In this document: piece by piece, positions 53,094 through 64,000 of the stretch
Layout of the letters: every line of letters starts with the position of its first letter
Numbering within the stretch: position 1 is the first letter of the stretch
NCBI GenBank assembly: GCA_028534125.1
Contig: CM052816.1
Coordinates: forward strand, 42,658,001 to 42,722,000
Source: Lama glama
Lineage: Eukaryota
DNA: 64,000 bases
Direction: 5' to 3'
Made by a program: the position numbers and the translations under genes
The notes under the pieces: model-generated
The model's database searches: none
What the model was told of the DNA's origin: nothing
The model's input: the letters and a program-made list of their open reading frames with translations, nothing else

Positions 53094-54209
53094 ACCAATC
53101 AGAGACCACAGCGCCTGTGAGACTTACCTCTTCATGCAACTCTCTCCTTCTGGGTTCCCTCAGCTTACCCCTTTATGCCTAGGGATCATTATGGCTCCTG
53201 CTGTTATGAGCCCTAGGACCCTGTACCATTCCTGATAGCTTTTCCTAAACCATTCCCACACCTTTTATTAAACAATCCTCAATTACCTGGCTTGAGTATA
53301 CCAATACACTACCCAAGTATGCAATCTTAGAGAATTTAGTTGACTGCTTTTGACCTTAATGTAAGTCATGGTGTATGTATTCTTTTGTGTCATGCTTCTC
53401 TTGTTCAGTGTTATTTACAGAAGTTTTATCCATATTGTTATATGTAACAACAGGTCATTCATTTTCATTGCTATATAGAATTCTAGTACATGAATATACT
53501 ATGGTTTATATATTGACTCTAGTATTGATGAATATGTGTGTTATTTCCAGTTTTTGGCTATCATAAATAATACTCCTATGAACATTCTTGTACATGAACA
53601 TATGTACACTATTTTTTCTACAGTATATACATAGGACTGAGATTACTACATTATGAAATATGCATACATTTAATTTTATGCAATAATGCTAGACAATTTT
53701 CCAAAGTGGTGGCTCCAGTTTACACTATACATGTAGTACATAAGTGAGTCTACATATTCACCAAAGTAACCATCTTATTTTCAGACCTTTGAATTTTCAC
53801 CAGTTCCAGTGGGAACTAAGTCATTGTGATTTAAACTTGCATTTCCCTGACAAATAATAAGGTTGATTTTATTGGCCATTTAGATTTCTTCTTTCATGAG
53901 GTATCTATTGAAGTCTTTTGTCCATTTTTATATTGGGTAGTTTTTTTTCCTTGATCTGAATTTTTGTATTCTAGATTATAGTCCTTTATTGGCTATATCT
54001 GTTACAAATGTGTCTTCTCATTCTTTTATCTTTTCATTTTCTTCAATTTTCTAGTTCTTCAATTTAATGAGGTCAGTTTTATCAATATGTATTTTTTAGT
54101 TAGGACTTTTTCTGTCTTGTTTAAGAAGTTTCTTCATAATGTGAGATTGTAATTCTTTTTCTGTATTATTTCAAAGGTTTTATATTTCATCTTTCAAAGA
54201 TAGGTCTTT

Positions 54210-54311
54210 TTTTTGTGATAAAAGTTATAACTTTTCTTTCTCAAAATATCTTTTTTTAAACATTTTTTATTGATTTATAATCATTTTACAATGTTGTGTC
54301 AAATTCTACAA
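54210..54311 (-). mobile_element. Very short, young L1 3'-end insertion with extra tail segment
   Basis: tttttttaaacattttttattgatttataatcattttacaatgttgtgtcaaattc (camelid-type L1 3' end) between two AGGTCTTT copies (54202-54209, 54312-54319). Confidence 0.7.
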
Positions 54312-56295
54312 AGGTCTTTAATCTGCCTTGGAAATGACTTTTGTATATGATGCAAAATAAATGTACAGGTTTTTCCTCCATCACTTAATGAAAGAGTATC
54401 CTTTCCCTGCTGCTCTGCAGTGCCACATCTTTCATACATATAAGTGTTTATAAATGCATGGATCTGTGCTTTTCATTGATCTATTTGGCAATCCTGCCAA
54501 TACCATGCTGCTTTAATTATTAAAGTTTAAGGTAGCTCTTCCATCTAATTCTACTTTTTCAAGCGTCTCTTGCTGTTCTTGACTTTTTGCAATCCTATAT
54601 AAATTTTAGAATCAGATTGTTAAGTTCCAGGAGAAAAAATCACTTGAGATTTTAATTAGGATTGCATTAAGTCTGTTAAGTCAATTTGGGATTTAGTCTT
54701 CCAATTTATAAACATAGCATATCTCTCCATTTCTGTGGGTCTTCTTTAATGTTTTTCAATTAGTTTTATAATTTTCTCCATAGAGGTATTACCTGACTTT
54801 TTAAAGTTTATTCCTAGGTACTTGATATTTTATATGTTATTATAAAGGAGAACTTTTTCCTATTTCATCTTTTACCTGTTTGTGATTTTGATATTGATTT
54901 TTGCCTTCAGCAACTTTGCTAAATTCTATTATTTAAGGATTAATCCAAACTTCTTCAAAAGATTGTCTATGAGTCTCTCTTTCCTCCCATGCTACTCATT
55001 TCTCAGCTCACTACAATCTAGTTTTCATCCCCACCACTCCAGTCAAGCTGCTGTTTTCAGTTTCACCTTGCTGAGACTGTTTCAGCACTACTATTTCAGG
55101 GTCACCAACAGACTCCCTATTGCCCAATCCTAAAGACTCATCACATTTCTCAAGATCTTGCAGACCTTTTCTCCCTTTTTGAAATGCCATCTTTTTTTCC
55201 TTCTATTACAAAGCACGCTCGTTGTTTTTTTCTCCCTCTCTGTGATCACTCTCAGGGTTACCTTGTTTTGCCAATCTTTTATCTAATGGCATTTCTTAGG
55301 GTTCTGTGCTAAACCTCTTCTCCTCTCATACTATACACTGTCCCTTCTGGAGCTCTTGCATCTCTGCTCATGGCTTCTACAATTGTCTACCATTGATGGT
55401 TCTCAGATTTCAAACTCTCAGACTCCAGATTTCTCTCCTGAGCATTAGACTGTATATCCAGTTGCCTGGGCATCTTCACTTGATAGTTTCATTTCATTTT
55501 TTTAATATTCCTGCTTTATATTAAAGAGACAATGTGCTCTTTGCTAGCAAGAGCAAGGCTTATACAATTACTTACATAGTATAATGGGGAAGTGAAGGGT
55601 TAGGTCTTGCCATGTTGACCCTACTGTTTTGACACTGAAAGTGTTTTCACACAAAAGCATTTTTTTCATAAAAATATTAAATATCAGAAACAAATATTAC
55701 TGAATCTTAGAATTCTATAGTCAGCTAAATTATCATCCAATAATAAAAGTGAAATAATTGAATAATTTTATGTCTGTAAGTTTTATAATTTTTATAAAAA
55801 TGTATTATAAAAGAAATGCATGTTATTATTTTATGTTTCAAATAAATAAATCAAAACACCCATTGATAACCACTTGATATGTATCCTTCCAGGTAGTTTG
55901 TGTATATGTACATATGCATTTTTTCAGACGAAATTATCCTAAGTAAACCATTTTTTTAGCAGTATGGTGTAAAGTCAATAAATACTTGCTCATTCTATTC
56001 CCAACTCATAGCACAGTGCAGGGTATATGGAAGGCATTCAGGAAATATCTGTTAAATGGAGGAATCCTATGTGATTGCTTTTGCCAATATTTTTTCTTTT
56101 GGCATGTTTATATATTTATTTATCGTTTCTACATGAATTGAGGATTTTAGCCCTTTGATATATATGTTACAAATGCTGTTTTCCTCTATTTATATTTAAT
56201 TTGAATTTTCTTTTTCCAATAAGTAGAAAATAACTTTCAGCTTAATTGAATTAAAAGGTCATCTGATTTAATACAAATGGTGCTTTATTGAGACT

Positions 56296-56337
56296 TATAA
56301 ATAAATAAATAAATAAATACATACATACATACATACA
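56296..56337. repeat. Compound (TAAA)n(TACA)n tetranucleotide repeat
   Basis: Direct reading. Confidence 0.9.
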
Positions 56338-58099
56338 ATATGTGGGAGCAAAGTGTTAAATGCTCTTCAGTGGAGATTATGCTGTTTATTTAAATGAAGA
56401 TATAGGAATGATTTCTAGATATTAGCATAGAATATGCCTAGAAGCAGTAAATGTTTGTGTCAGAAAGACTTGGTTCTTACCTCATTTCTGCCCCTCGGTT
56501 GCTGTGTGAGAGGGGAAAATAATCTAATGCCTCTGAGCATCTGTAAATTGGGAGTATTTAGGCTCCCTTCCTGAGTTAGTAGCATTCTGTCTCTCGATGG
56601 GTACTTACAAAATGGATTCTTAAATATGAGAATAAACTGGGTTCAGGTTCTCTGCCCTAAATGTTAAGGTTATATATATATATATATTCTGTTTTGTTTT
56701 TGCTGTAATTATTTTTAAACACTTGGGTTTTACTGTGTTATGTTTTGTACTTCTTGGAGAGGGGTTTTCTTCTCTACCAACTCTGTTGACTAAAAGCAAA
56801 TACTTTGTGTTCTTAAGTTTTTCCCTTGAGAGAATCTTGGCATCATGAAATGGAACTACGAGTACAGTTTTACATGCAACAAGCTACTGAACTGTCCTTT
56901 AAGAATTTAAATTACTCCATTACCTTTAGTTCAGTAAAAGTAACATCATGAAGTGTTTTAGTTTACTCTTTTTTTCCCTAGAGCATTACTGAATTAGAAA
57001 TCTAACTTTACTGTTCCTGTGTGTTGCCATCAATATGTAAAACCAAGGAAGTCTGTCAAGGTCTCTAATGTGACCGCTGAACAAAGTCTGTATCCCATGA
57101 ACTCTTTTACAAAGTGGTGTTTACTCAGCCTGCAAATATTTACTTTAACATGGAGTTTACTTACATGGGTCTTCTACTAATGCTTTTGTCCAAGCACAAA
57201 GTCTTTTACTATTTTCGTGAAATTAATTACAGGTTTTTGTGGGAGGGAGTAGGGGAATCAGTTTATAAGTAAGAATTCTCTTTTTCTTGGCAATTGACCT
57301 AATACTATTTTCTTCCTAGAGAGGAAGCTTTTTCCTTGTCTAGCTCAGGTCAGAGTATCACAAATTTTGATTTAATTAAGTAGGAGTGAAACTTATGCTA
57401 ATATACCCTATGTTGCCAGAATAGAAATGGTTCATGATGTTTTAGTTAAATTGTTGTTAAGAATAATGAGGTAACAAATATTTTCACTCAAAAATACAAG
57501 TTATTTTTGTTAGAATTATTAGCTTATTCTCCCATTACCTAACATACTGAAGCCCTTTGGAGGAAGCAGCCACATGTGGAAGCTATGTTAAAATCTTTCA
57601 AGCTAACAGGATGTTATTTACAAGAAGACAGTGATTAATTGCCTCACTAGTCACCTGTCAGATAAGCTAAGCAACTGACTCTAACTCAAAAGAATGAATG
57701 CAGTAACCACAAGTTTATGCTTGACATCAAGAAACCAAGTGACCTAGGAATGAGAATTCCAAAATTGTAGAACTGCAGGGTTATAAAGGACTTTAGAAAT
57801 CATAACTCACATTTGACTAATAAGAACTTGGGGAACAATGGCTAAAGGTTACAGAAGAATCTGGCTCAATATATTCAACAGTGTAAAACATTTACAAGTT
57901 TCTTGCTAATTAAATACTTTAAAAATCTTTCTGATCTTTGCTCTATTTGGTTGTTTGAACGTTAGGGAGTCTCAGTGAACTACAAAAAAGTCCTTAAAAA
58001 AAAAACTCCTGTGGTGTGGATTCTTCAAGTTACTTAAGTAACTGGAAGGAGGGAAAAGAAAAAAAGTTAACAACTGATGAAAGAGTACATGAATCCATA

Positions 58100-58346
58100 T
58101 ATACTGTGATAACATGGCACAGAATTATACACATACATACACACAAATGAGTGCATGTAAACCTGGTGAGATTTGAATAACATCAGTGGATTACACCAAT
58201 TCCAATTTCCTGGTTTTCATACTGTACTATAGTTATGGAAGATGAAATCACTAGGGGAAACTGAGTGAAGGGTAAATGGAACCCCTCTACTACTTTTGCA
58301 ACTTCCTGTGAATCTATGATTATTCCAAAGTAAAAAGTTTAAAAAA
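58100..58346 (+). mobile_element. L1MC-type 3' end
   Basis: aaatgagtgcatgtaaacctggtgaga...gcaacttcctgtgaatctat...aaaagtttaaaaaa. Confidence 0.75.
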
Positions 58347-59073
58347 TATGAACAGCTACTATGAGACTGCTCTTTTTTGTCATAATTAAATATTTATAAA
58401 CTGTAAATGGTTAGAATTTAATAGAAAAATAATTACAACATGTGATCTTGATTTATTCCTCACCCATCTGTCATTTGTTGTGTCTCCTTAACTATAAATA
58501 TACCCAGAAATCATCTCTTCTTGATATTCTTCAGTAGAAAACTGACTTCTATTCATGGTTTCAGGGAACAGCTCTATGATGAGGGCCCCCAGATCTTTCT
58601 GGCCCACATGTCCCATTTAAACTCCAACTCTTTACCAGGTTATTCCCACTAGAGCCAAGTAGGCTCTCAAGAAATATTAGATGAACAAATAAATAAATGA
58701 CTTTCCAAATATCTGTGGGATATTTGCATTTAGAGCCCCACTGCCACCTAAATTTGAAATGTAAAAAACCCAAAATTAAACTAGTATTTTCTTCCTGCCA
58801 CTCTTACCCACCCAACCCACTCATTCTGCCAAATGCCTGTATTTCTTCCATTTCTATTATTATCCCATCCAAACAAGCTTTAAAAATTCAAGCTGCTTTT
58901 GACTCTTCCTTCTGCTTTATTTACCATATTATATCTAAGTAGGTACTTTTATGTTCCTTTTCCTCTCAAATATTCCTTACATTTGTCCATTTACCTCTAT
59001 TTTGTCCCTATAGGGACCACTTTGGCCTCATTTTATTACTGTGTTCCTAATTTATCTCCTTCATCCTAATCTT

Positions 59074-59234
59074 TTTTTTAATTTAAGCATTGTCAGTTTA
59101 CAATGTGTCCATTTCTGGTGTGCAGCATGTTGTTTCATTCATATATACTTGTTTTCATATTATTTTTCATTATGGTTACAAGATACTGAATATAGCTCCC
59201 TGTGCTATGCAGAAGAAACTCGTTGTTTATCCTG
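59074..59234 (-). mobile_element. 5'-truncated L1 3' end with 11-bp TSD
   Basis: Poly-T + ...gtttacaatgtgtccatttctggtgtgcagc...gaatatagctccctgtgctat; atcctaatctt at 59063-59073 and 59235-59245. Confidence 0.85.
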
Positions 59235-60089
59235 ATCCTAATCTTGCTTCACTTTCAATCTATCTTGCATGCTAATTGGAGCCTGGCTCCAATCATCCTG
59301 AAAACACCATTCTCCTAAACAGAAGCACATCTTGTCTATTCATTGAAACATGACCAGCAGGACCTCAGCCTGGAAAAAATAAGTGCTCAATAAATTGTTA
59401 TTGTAACCACTTTATTGTAAGAGTTGAATTCAGTAGGGTGCAGGCTGAAAGCATCTATCTCTTTTCATCCACTGTCCTTCAAACTGCGCTGTCAATTTGT
59501 GCCAACTCACTGTGTTCCACCCTTGAATTCTCAAATATGTTTTATAGATTTGCGTTTGTTCTCAGACAATAAACAAATAGTCTCTTTTTAGTAATTAGGG
59601 TTCAGTCTAGTGTAGTAATCCAAACTAATCTCATTCCATTTAAACTTCTTCTTTTTCATACCTAGGTTTGCTCCAGGCTTGGAAGTCTACAGTGGAGGAA
59701 GGAGGGAGCTGTGGTCAGCTTTTTTCCTCTGCTTAGTACCCCTTTTCTCTCATCAGTTGCTGTTTTGGGCCTTTTCAAAGCTGCAAGAGGGAAGGAGGAA
59801 AGGTAAGACGGGAAAAGCTCTTATTTACCTGTATGGTTTTGACTAGCACTGGTGTTCTCAGGAGTGGCAAATAGTCAAAGGTGACTGTGTCTCATAGAAC
59901 CCTTCTAGAAACCTCCCACTGCATTTCTGGGTAGATGACAATCCTGAGAAGCCCTTGGACTTTGGTGGGCCTCCTCTCTCACACTGCCCCTTCAGGTGGA
60001 GTCTGTTTTGTGAGGATATCAGGCTGGCTCCCTTCACAGGTACCCACATCCAGTCCACTTGTTGTTATCTACGGTCATACAGAATTGAG

Positions 60090-60441
60090 TGTGTGGTAAG
60101 ATATTTTTCTCAAAAATGAAAAATGTAAGCCTGTCATTTCAAGGAAAACAACTGACAGTGTTTACTGCCAATGATAAGCTTGAGCTTTAAAGCAAAACTT
60201 AGAATTTGGGAGAGCTTGCATCTGGCATCATGAGCTTGACAACTTGTGGTGGTTTTGTAGATACATCTCCACATTCTGTGATCCAGCTCTGCTCCAGAGG
60301 TGCAGCTTAGTTTCCCTCCCCTTTTGGCCTGGACCACTTCTAGTGAACAGAAGTGGCTAAATGTGATGAGCTATCATATTGAGATTAGGTTATAAAATCA
60401 CTGGGGCTTTTGCCTTGGGTTGACGCTCTTATTATTCAATC

Positions 60442-60483
<42 letters not shown>

Positions 60484-61250
60484 CTATCCCTGGGAAAGGG
60501 AAGCCAGCTGCCACATCATAGGGACACTCAAGCAAACTATGGAGAGACCCATATGGCAAGAACTTGAGGCTTGTAAACAACCATGTGAGTAAACCTGGAA
60601 GTGGATCTTCTGAAGCCTGCCAAGCAGCACATTGAGTGAGTTTGGAAACAGACTGACTCTCACTTGAGCCTTTAAATGACTGCAATTTCTTGAAAGACTT
60701 GGAGCCAGAACCACCCAGCTATGCCACTCCTGGATTCCTGACACACAGAAACTGTGAGGTAATAATGGTTTTTTGTTTCAAATTGCTAAATTTGGAATAA
60801 TTTTCTATGTAATAATAGATAGCTCTATAATCTCCCCCAAATTTAAAGGCTTTTCTGATAGAAGTGGTGGTGATATTAACAAAGGTGTTTTGTTTTGGCA
60901 GGGAGGAGGAGGCAGGGAGGTTGTTATATATTGTATAAACTAATGCAACATGTCAATGGAAGATCTGCATAACTCAGAGAACCAATATTATTAAAATGAT
61001 CAATATATGATGTTCCAAAATCATGCTTTAATAAAAGATCCATTCAAAGTGCAAGACAGACCAATAAATTTTAATGTAACATAGTACATGGTTTCTACAT
61101 TGCAGCTAAGCTTTAGGAAACTATCACTCGTTGAATGCTGGCATCAGATTAAAGAGGAATATCCACAATTATCTGGAAAGAGTATTGAATACTCCCTTTA
61201 CAACTACATATCTGTGCAAGGCTGGACTGAACCATGTACTGCAACAGATT
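60090..61250 (+). mobile_element. Charlie (hAT) transposase relic split by an MLT1 LTR
   Basis: From 61130 the frames read VECWHQIKEEYPQLSGKSI and PFTTTYLCKAG, resembling the hAT C-terminal dimerisation domain; matching sequence upstream at 60090-60243. Confidence 0.7.
60245..60830 (+). mobile_element. MaLR LTR (MLT1E/F-like) containing a (CT)n tract at 60444-60483
   Basis: gaagccagctgccacat...agaaccacccagct..gccactcctggattcctgacacacagaaactgtgaggtaataa...aatagata. Confidence 0.75.
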
Positions 61251-62479
61251 AAATTCAGACAATGTTCAGAGGTGATTGCCACAGAACAGAGTTTAATGAA
61301 AAAAAAGGGTAAAGTACAAGACTTTGGAATGTGGAGAAACGGGGAGAAGAAGGAAGAGAAAACAGGATAGCCAGGGAAATAGAGGAAATCATCTTATGAA
61401 AGAAAAAGGCTTTCTTAAGTAGTACTGTCAATCAATATATCATATAGCATCAGATACTATAAAGCTTGAAAAGGGTGGAGACTGAGAAAACACTTAAGAG
61501 TTGGTGATGGAGACTTTAAAGAAAATCCCTTATGGGGCCAGAATGCAAAGGGTTAATCCAAATGGGAAGTTAGAAAGCTGAGAAAGCAAAGGGAAGAGAA
61601 AACTTTGGCTGGTAAGAAAGTTGCAAGATCTAAGGAACAGAGAGATCTAAATACCTGTCTTCCTACTGTTTGCTACATTGAAGAATTTTATCAACAGCCT
61701 GCTTTCTTTATACAAACCAAGAAAGGCCAATTTTGAAATGTATTCATCTGTTGTGCTTTAAAAACTGAATAGTTTAATGAAACTTTAGAAATGTTGCTTT
61801 AAGAATCGTTCTTTTTTTTTTTTTTTTTTTTTTACCTTGCCAACATGCTGTAGGTACATCCTTGATTTCCCTGCACTAAACGCCCTAATTTTTGGTTTTG
61901 ATCCTGGGGAAATCATAGTTACAAAAATATGTAATGACTACCTGTGATAATGTAGGACAGTTGCTAAGGTCAGATAGAAAGTTTTGAAGATCTCTCTTTC
62001 AACTCCCTCACTTTACTGATTAATAAATTTGAGCTAAGGGATTAAGTGACTGTAGTTCCTCAGGTAGTCAGATCAAGCCTGACACTAACATCCCAGGGTC
62101 TCTTTACTTCTATTCTTGGAATCCCATATTCATATCACATCGTATTACATTGTTTTTTATGCTCCACCCCCCCCCCAAAAAAACTATTACTGGTGTGATT
62201 TAGCAGAAACTTGATACTTTAGGTGGGATAGTGGATTGAGGGTGAAGAAACCTCTGAAAAAATAAGGTTACTGGGTTGACAAAAATTAAAAGGTGTTAGC
62301 TTTAGGATTAAATCTTTCTGCTAATACTATTCCTGGGTTCTCTTCCTAAAGCCATGATCCATTTTCTCCAAAACGATGTATTGCAGGACGTCTAGCCCTT
62401 GATCCTCCGTTTTCATCACAACTAAATCCACCACATTCAGCACCATTTGCTCTTCCCCACAAAGTTCCAAATCCCTGTG

Positions 62480-63150
62480 GCCCGAGGTTCTCCGATTTTA
62501 GGCAAAAGCGCAGTTCTCTGGGTTGGCAATTCAGTCTCAGATGCGAGCGCTCTAAGGGAATGCAAATTCGGGGGACGGGTGAACTGGAGAAGCCAAGACC
62601 ACGCTCAGTGCCTGTGCCATTTCCTGCATGGGGGGCCGTTTGGACAAGACCTGAGGACAAGAATACCGACTCGGGCGGCTCCGGAACGTCCCGGCACCCG
62701 GCGCCCGTAATCCGTCCCGGGCTTCCCCGCCCGACGCCTGACATAGCCCCGCGCCGTGTGTGACGCATCTACGTCACACGTCAGGGCGCGGGCGGCAGGC
62801 GCGTCTACGTCACGCGTCAGGGCACGTGCATCAGAGCCTGCGAAGGCCCGCCCGAAGGCCTCGGGTCGCAGATGTTTGGCAGTGGGAGGAGGGGTGTTGG
62901 GGTGCCCCTTTGCAGCTGGGTAAGGGAGGCTGCGGGTGTGGGCGAAGGCTGCAGCCCAGAAGGCGGTCCAGGGCCCCGGGGAGATGCGGCTGTGGTGGCC
63001 GATCACCAGTGTGAGTGGGCGGCCTCTGCCTGGCACCTGGCCCTGCACCTACCCTAGACGCACCGCAGCCTTATCCCGACTCTGCGCCTCCAGATCAAGG
63101 TGAGGACAGCCCTCCGAGCAGCCACCGCGAGGCCGCCCCGACCAGCCTCG
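62480..63150 (+). promoter_or_regulatory. Second CpG island, probable promoter / non-coding first exon of a divergent gene (SPATA9 by recalled synteny)
   Basis: CpG-dense; five CRE half-sites in 62761-62819; E-box cacgtg at 62823; plus-strand donor-like sites at 62920 (gtaagg), 63011 (gtgagt) and 63100 (gtgagg). Gene identity is inference only. Confidence 0.6.
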
Positions 63151-64000
63151 CTGAGAGCAGCCCTAATAATTGAAAGAAAAAGAGGTCTCTCTTCTTTATT
63201 TTTCAAACGGGGGAAGGATGAAAATTGATTCCAGAGATTTTGAGCTATGGCAAAGTTACACTATTAGCCTGAAAGTAAACCCTTTGTAGAATAAAGGTGC
63301 TTAGTTTTTAAAAACTTGCTGACTTTGCCCCAGAGATTAAGCGATAACGTTTTGAAGCGGCACACACCCCTGACTTCTCAGTCGTTTCTTACTGTCCCAT
63401 GGGCGTTCTTCCTTAACATTCCAATTTAAGGTAAGGGCCCAGTCTTCTCTGTACATCACTCAGTTTCATTGCATTTATTACTACATGGGATGACTTCGTT
63501 TATTTGCTGTCTCCCATTATAACGTAAGCTCCATGAGATCCTCATTCTGTTTTATTTACCACTGTCCCCAGTTTCTTGAATAGTGCCTGGCAATGTTTAT
63601 CAAATAAAGCCTTTTCGGACTTTGGCCACCCAAAGTTGGCGCCCTTTCTCTTACTTGCATAGAGCACGTCTGTGTTACTGCTTTTATGATATTTTATTGT
63701 AATCATCTATGAAAGTGTTTGTTTTATATTGCATGCTTCTTTATTTAAGGACTTGCTTTGTTCATTTTTGTATCCCAGGTGTCTGGGATACAGTGGACAC
63801 ACTCAGATTTTTATTGAAAAGGTGAAAGCCATCCATAATAGAATCTCTGATCATCTGAATCTTTTTCTAAATTTCTTAGACCGTCTTAGAGGACTTCTTC
63901 TATTGTTATTCTCTCATTTTTCTTTCCGTTCTTGAAAGTCACTCTCTCCAGCTAAGAGAGACAATATACTGGTAAGGAGGGTTCGAAATTTTGAAAAGAG

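Larger units (their letters stand above)
52160..54950 (-). mobile_element. L1ME-like element interrupted by LTR33-like (~52405-53305), MLT2 and young L1 insertions
   Basis: Continuous L1 3'/ORF2-end motifs on both sides of the LTR block (e.g. ttccagtttttggctat, gcatttccctga, attgcattaa...aatttggg). Confidence 0.6.

Noticed and set aside
62346..63057. 140-147 aa ORFs in the second CpG island
   Set aside because: No recognisable domain; overlapping on both strands; GC artefact.

Overview
Mammalian genomic DNA, probably a camelid (inferred from the young SINE and L1 3' ends). The main feature is RHOBTB3 on the minus strand. Eleven coding exons were reconstructed by hand with GT-AG boundaries and a continuous frame (1720 coding nt, 40006 down to 998); the last exon, carrying the stop codon, lies before base 1. 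The start codon is split AT|G by a 184-bp first intron inside a CpG island (~39.3-40.8 kb). A second CpG island at ~62.5-63.15 kb holds a tandemly duplicated cluster of CRE half-sites and is probably the promoter of a divergent gene (SPATA9 by recalled human synteny; no coding sequence is visible). The remainder is intronic or intergenic DNA with old repeats (L1M, L2, CR1/L3, MIR, MER5A, MER3, Charlie, MLT1/MLT2/LTR33-like), a 23-bp minisatellite and a few young insertions with target-site duplications (TSDs). Best leads: a 38-nt candidate poison exon in intron 7, three ultra-short uORFs plus an intron-retention ORF that stops exactly at the 3' splice site, and a tiny L1 insertion with an apparent 3' transduction. 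No new multi-gene system is supported. Repeat family names and boundaries come from recall and are approximate.
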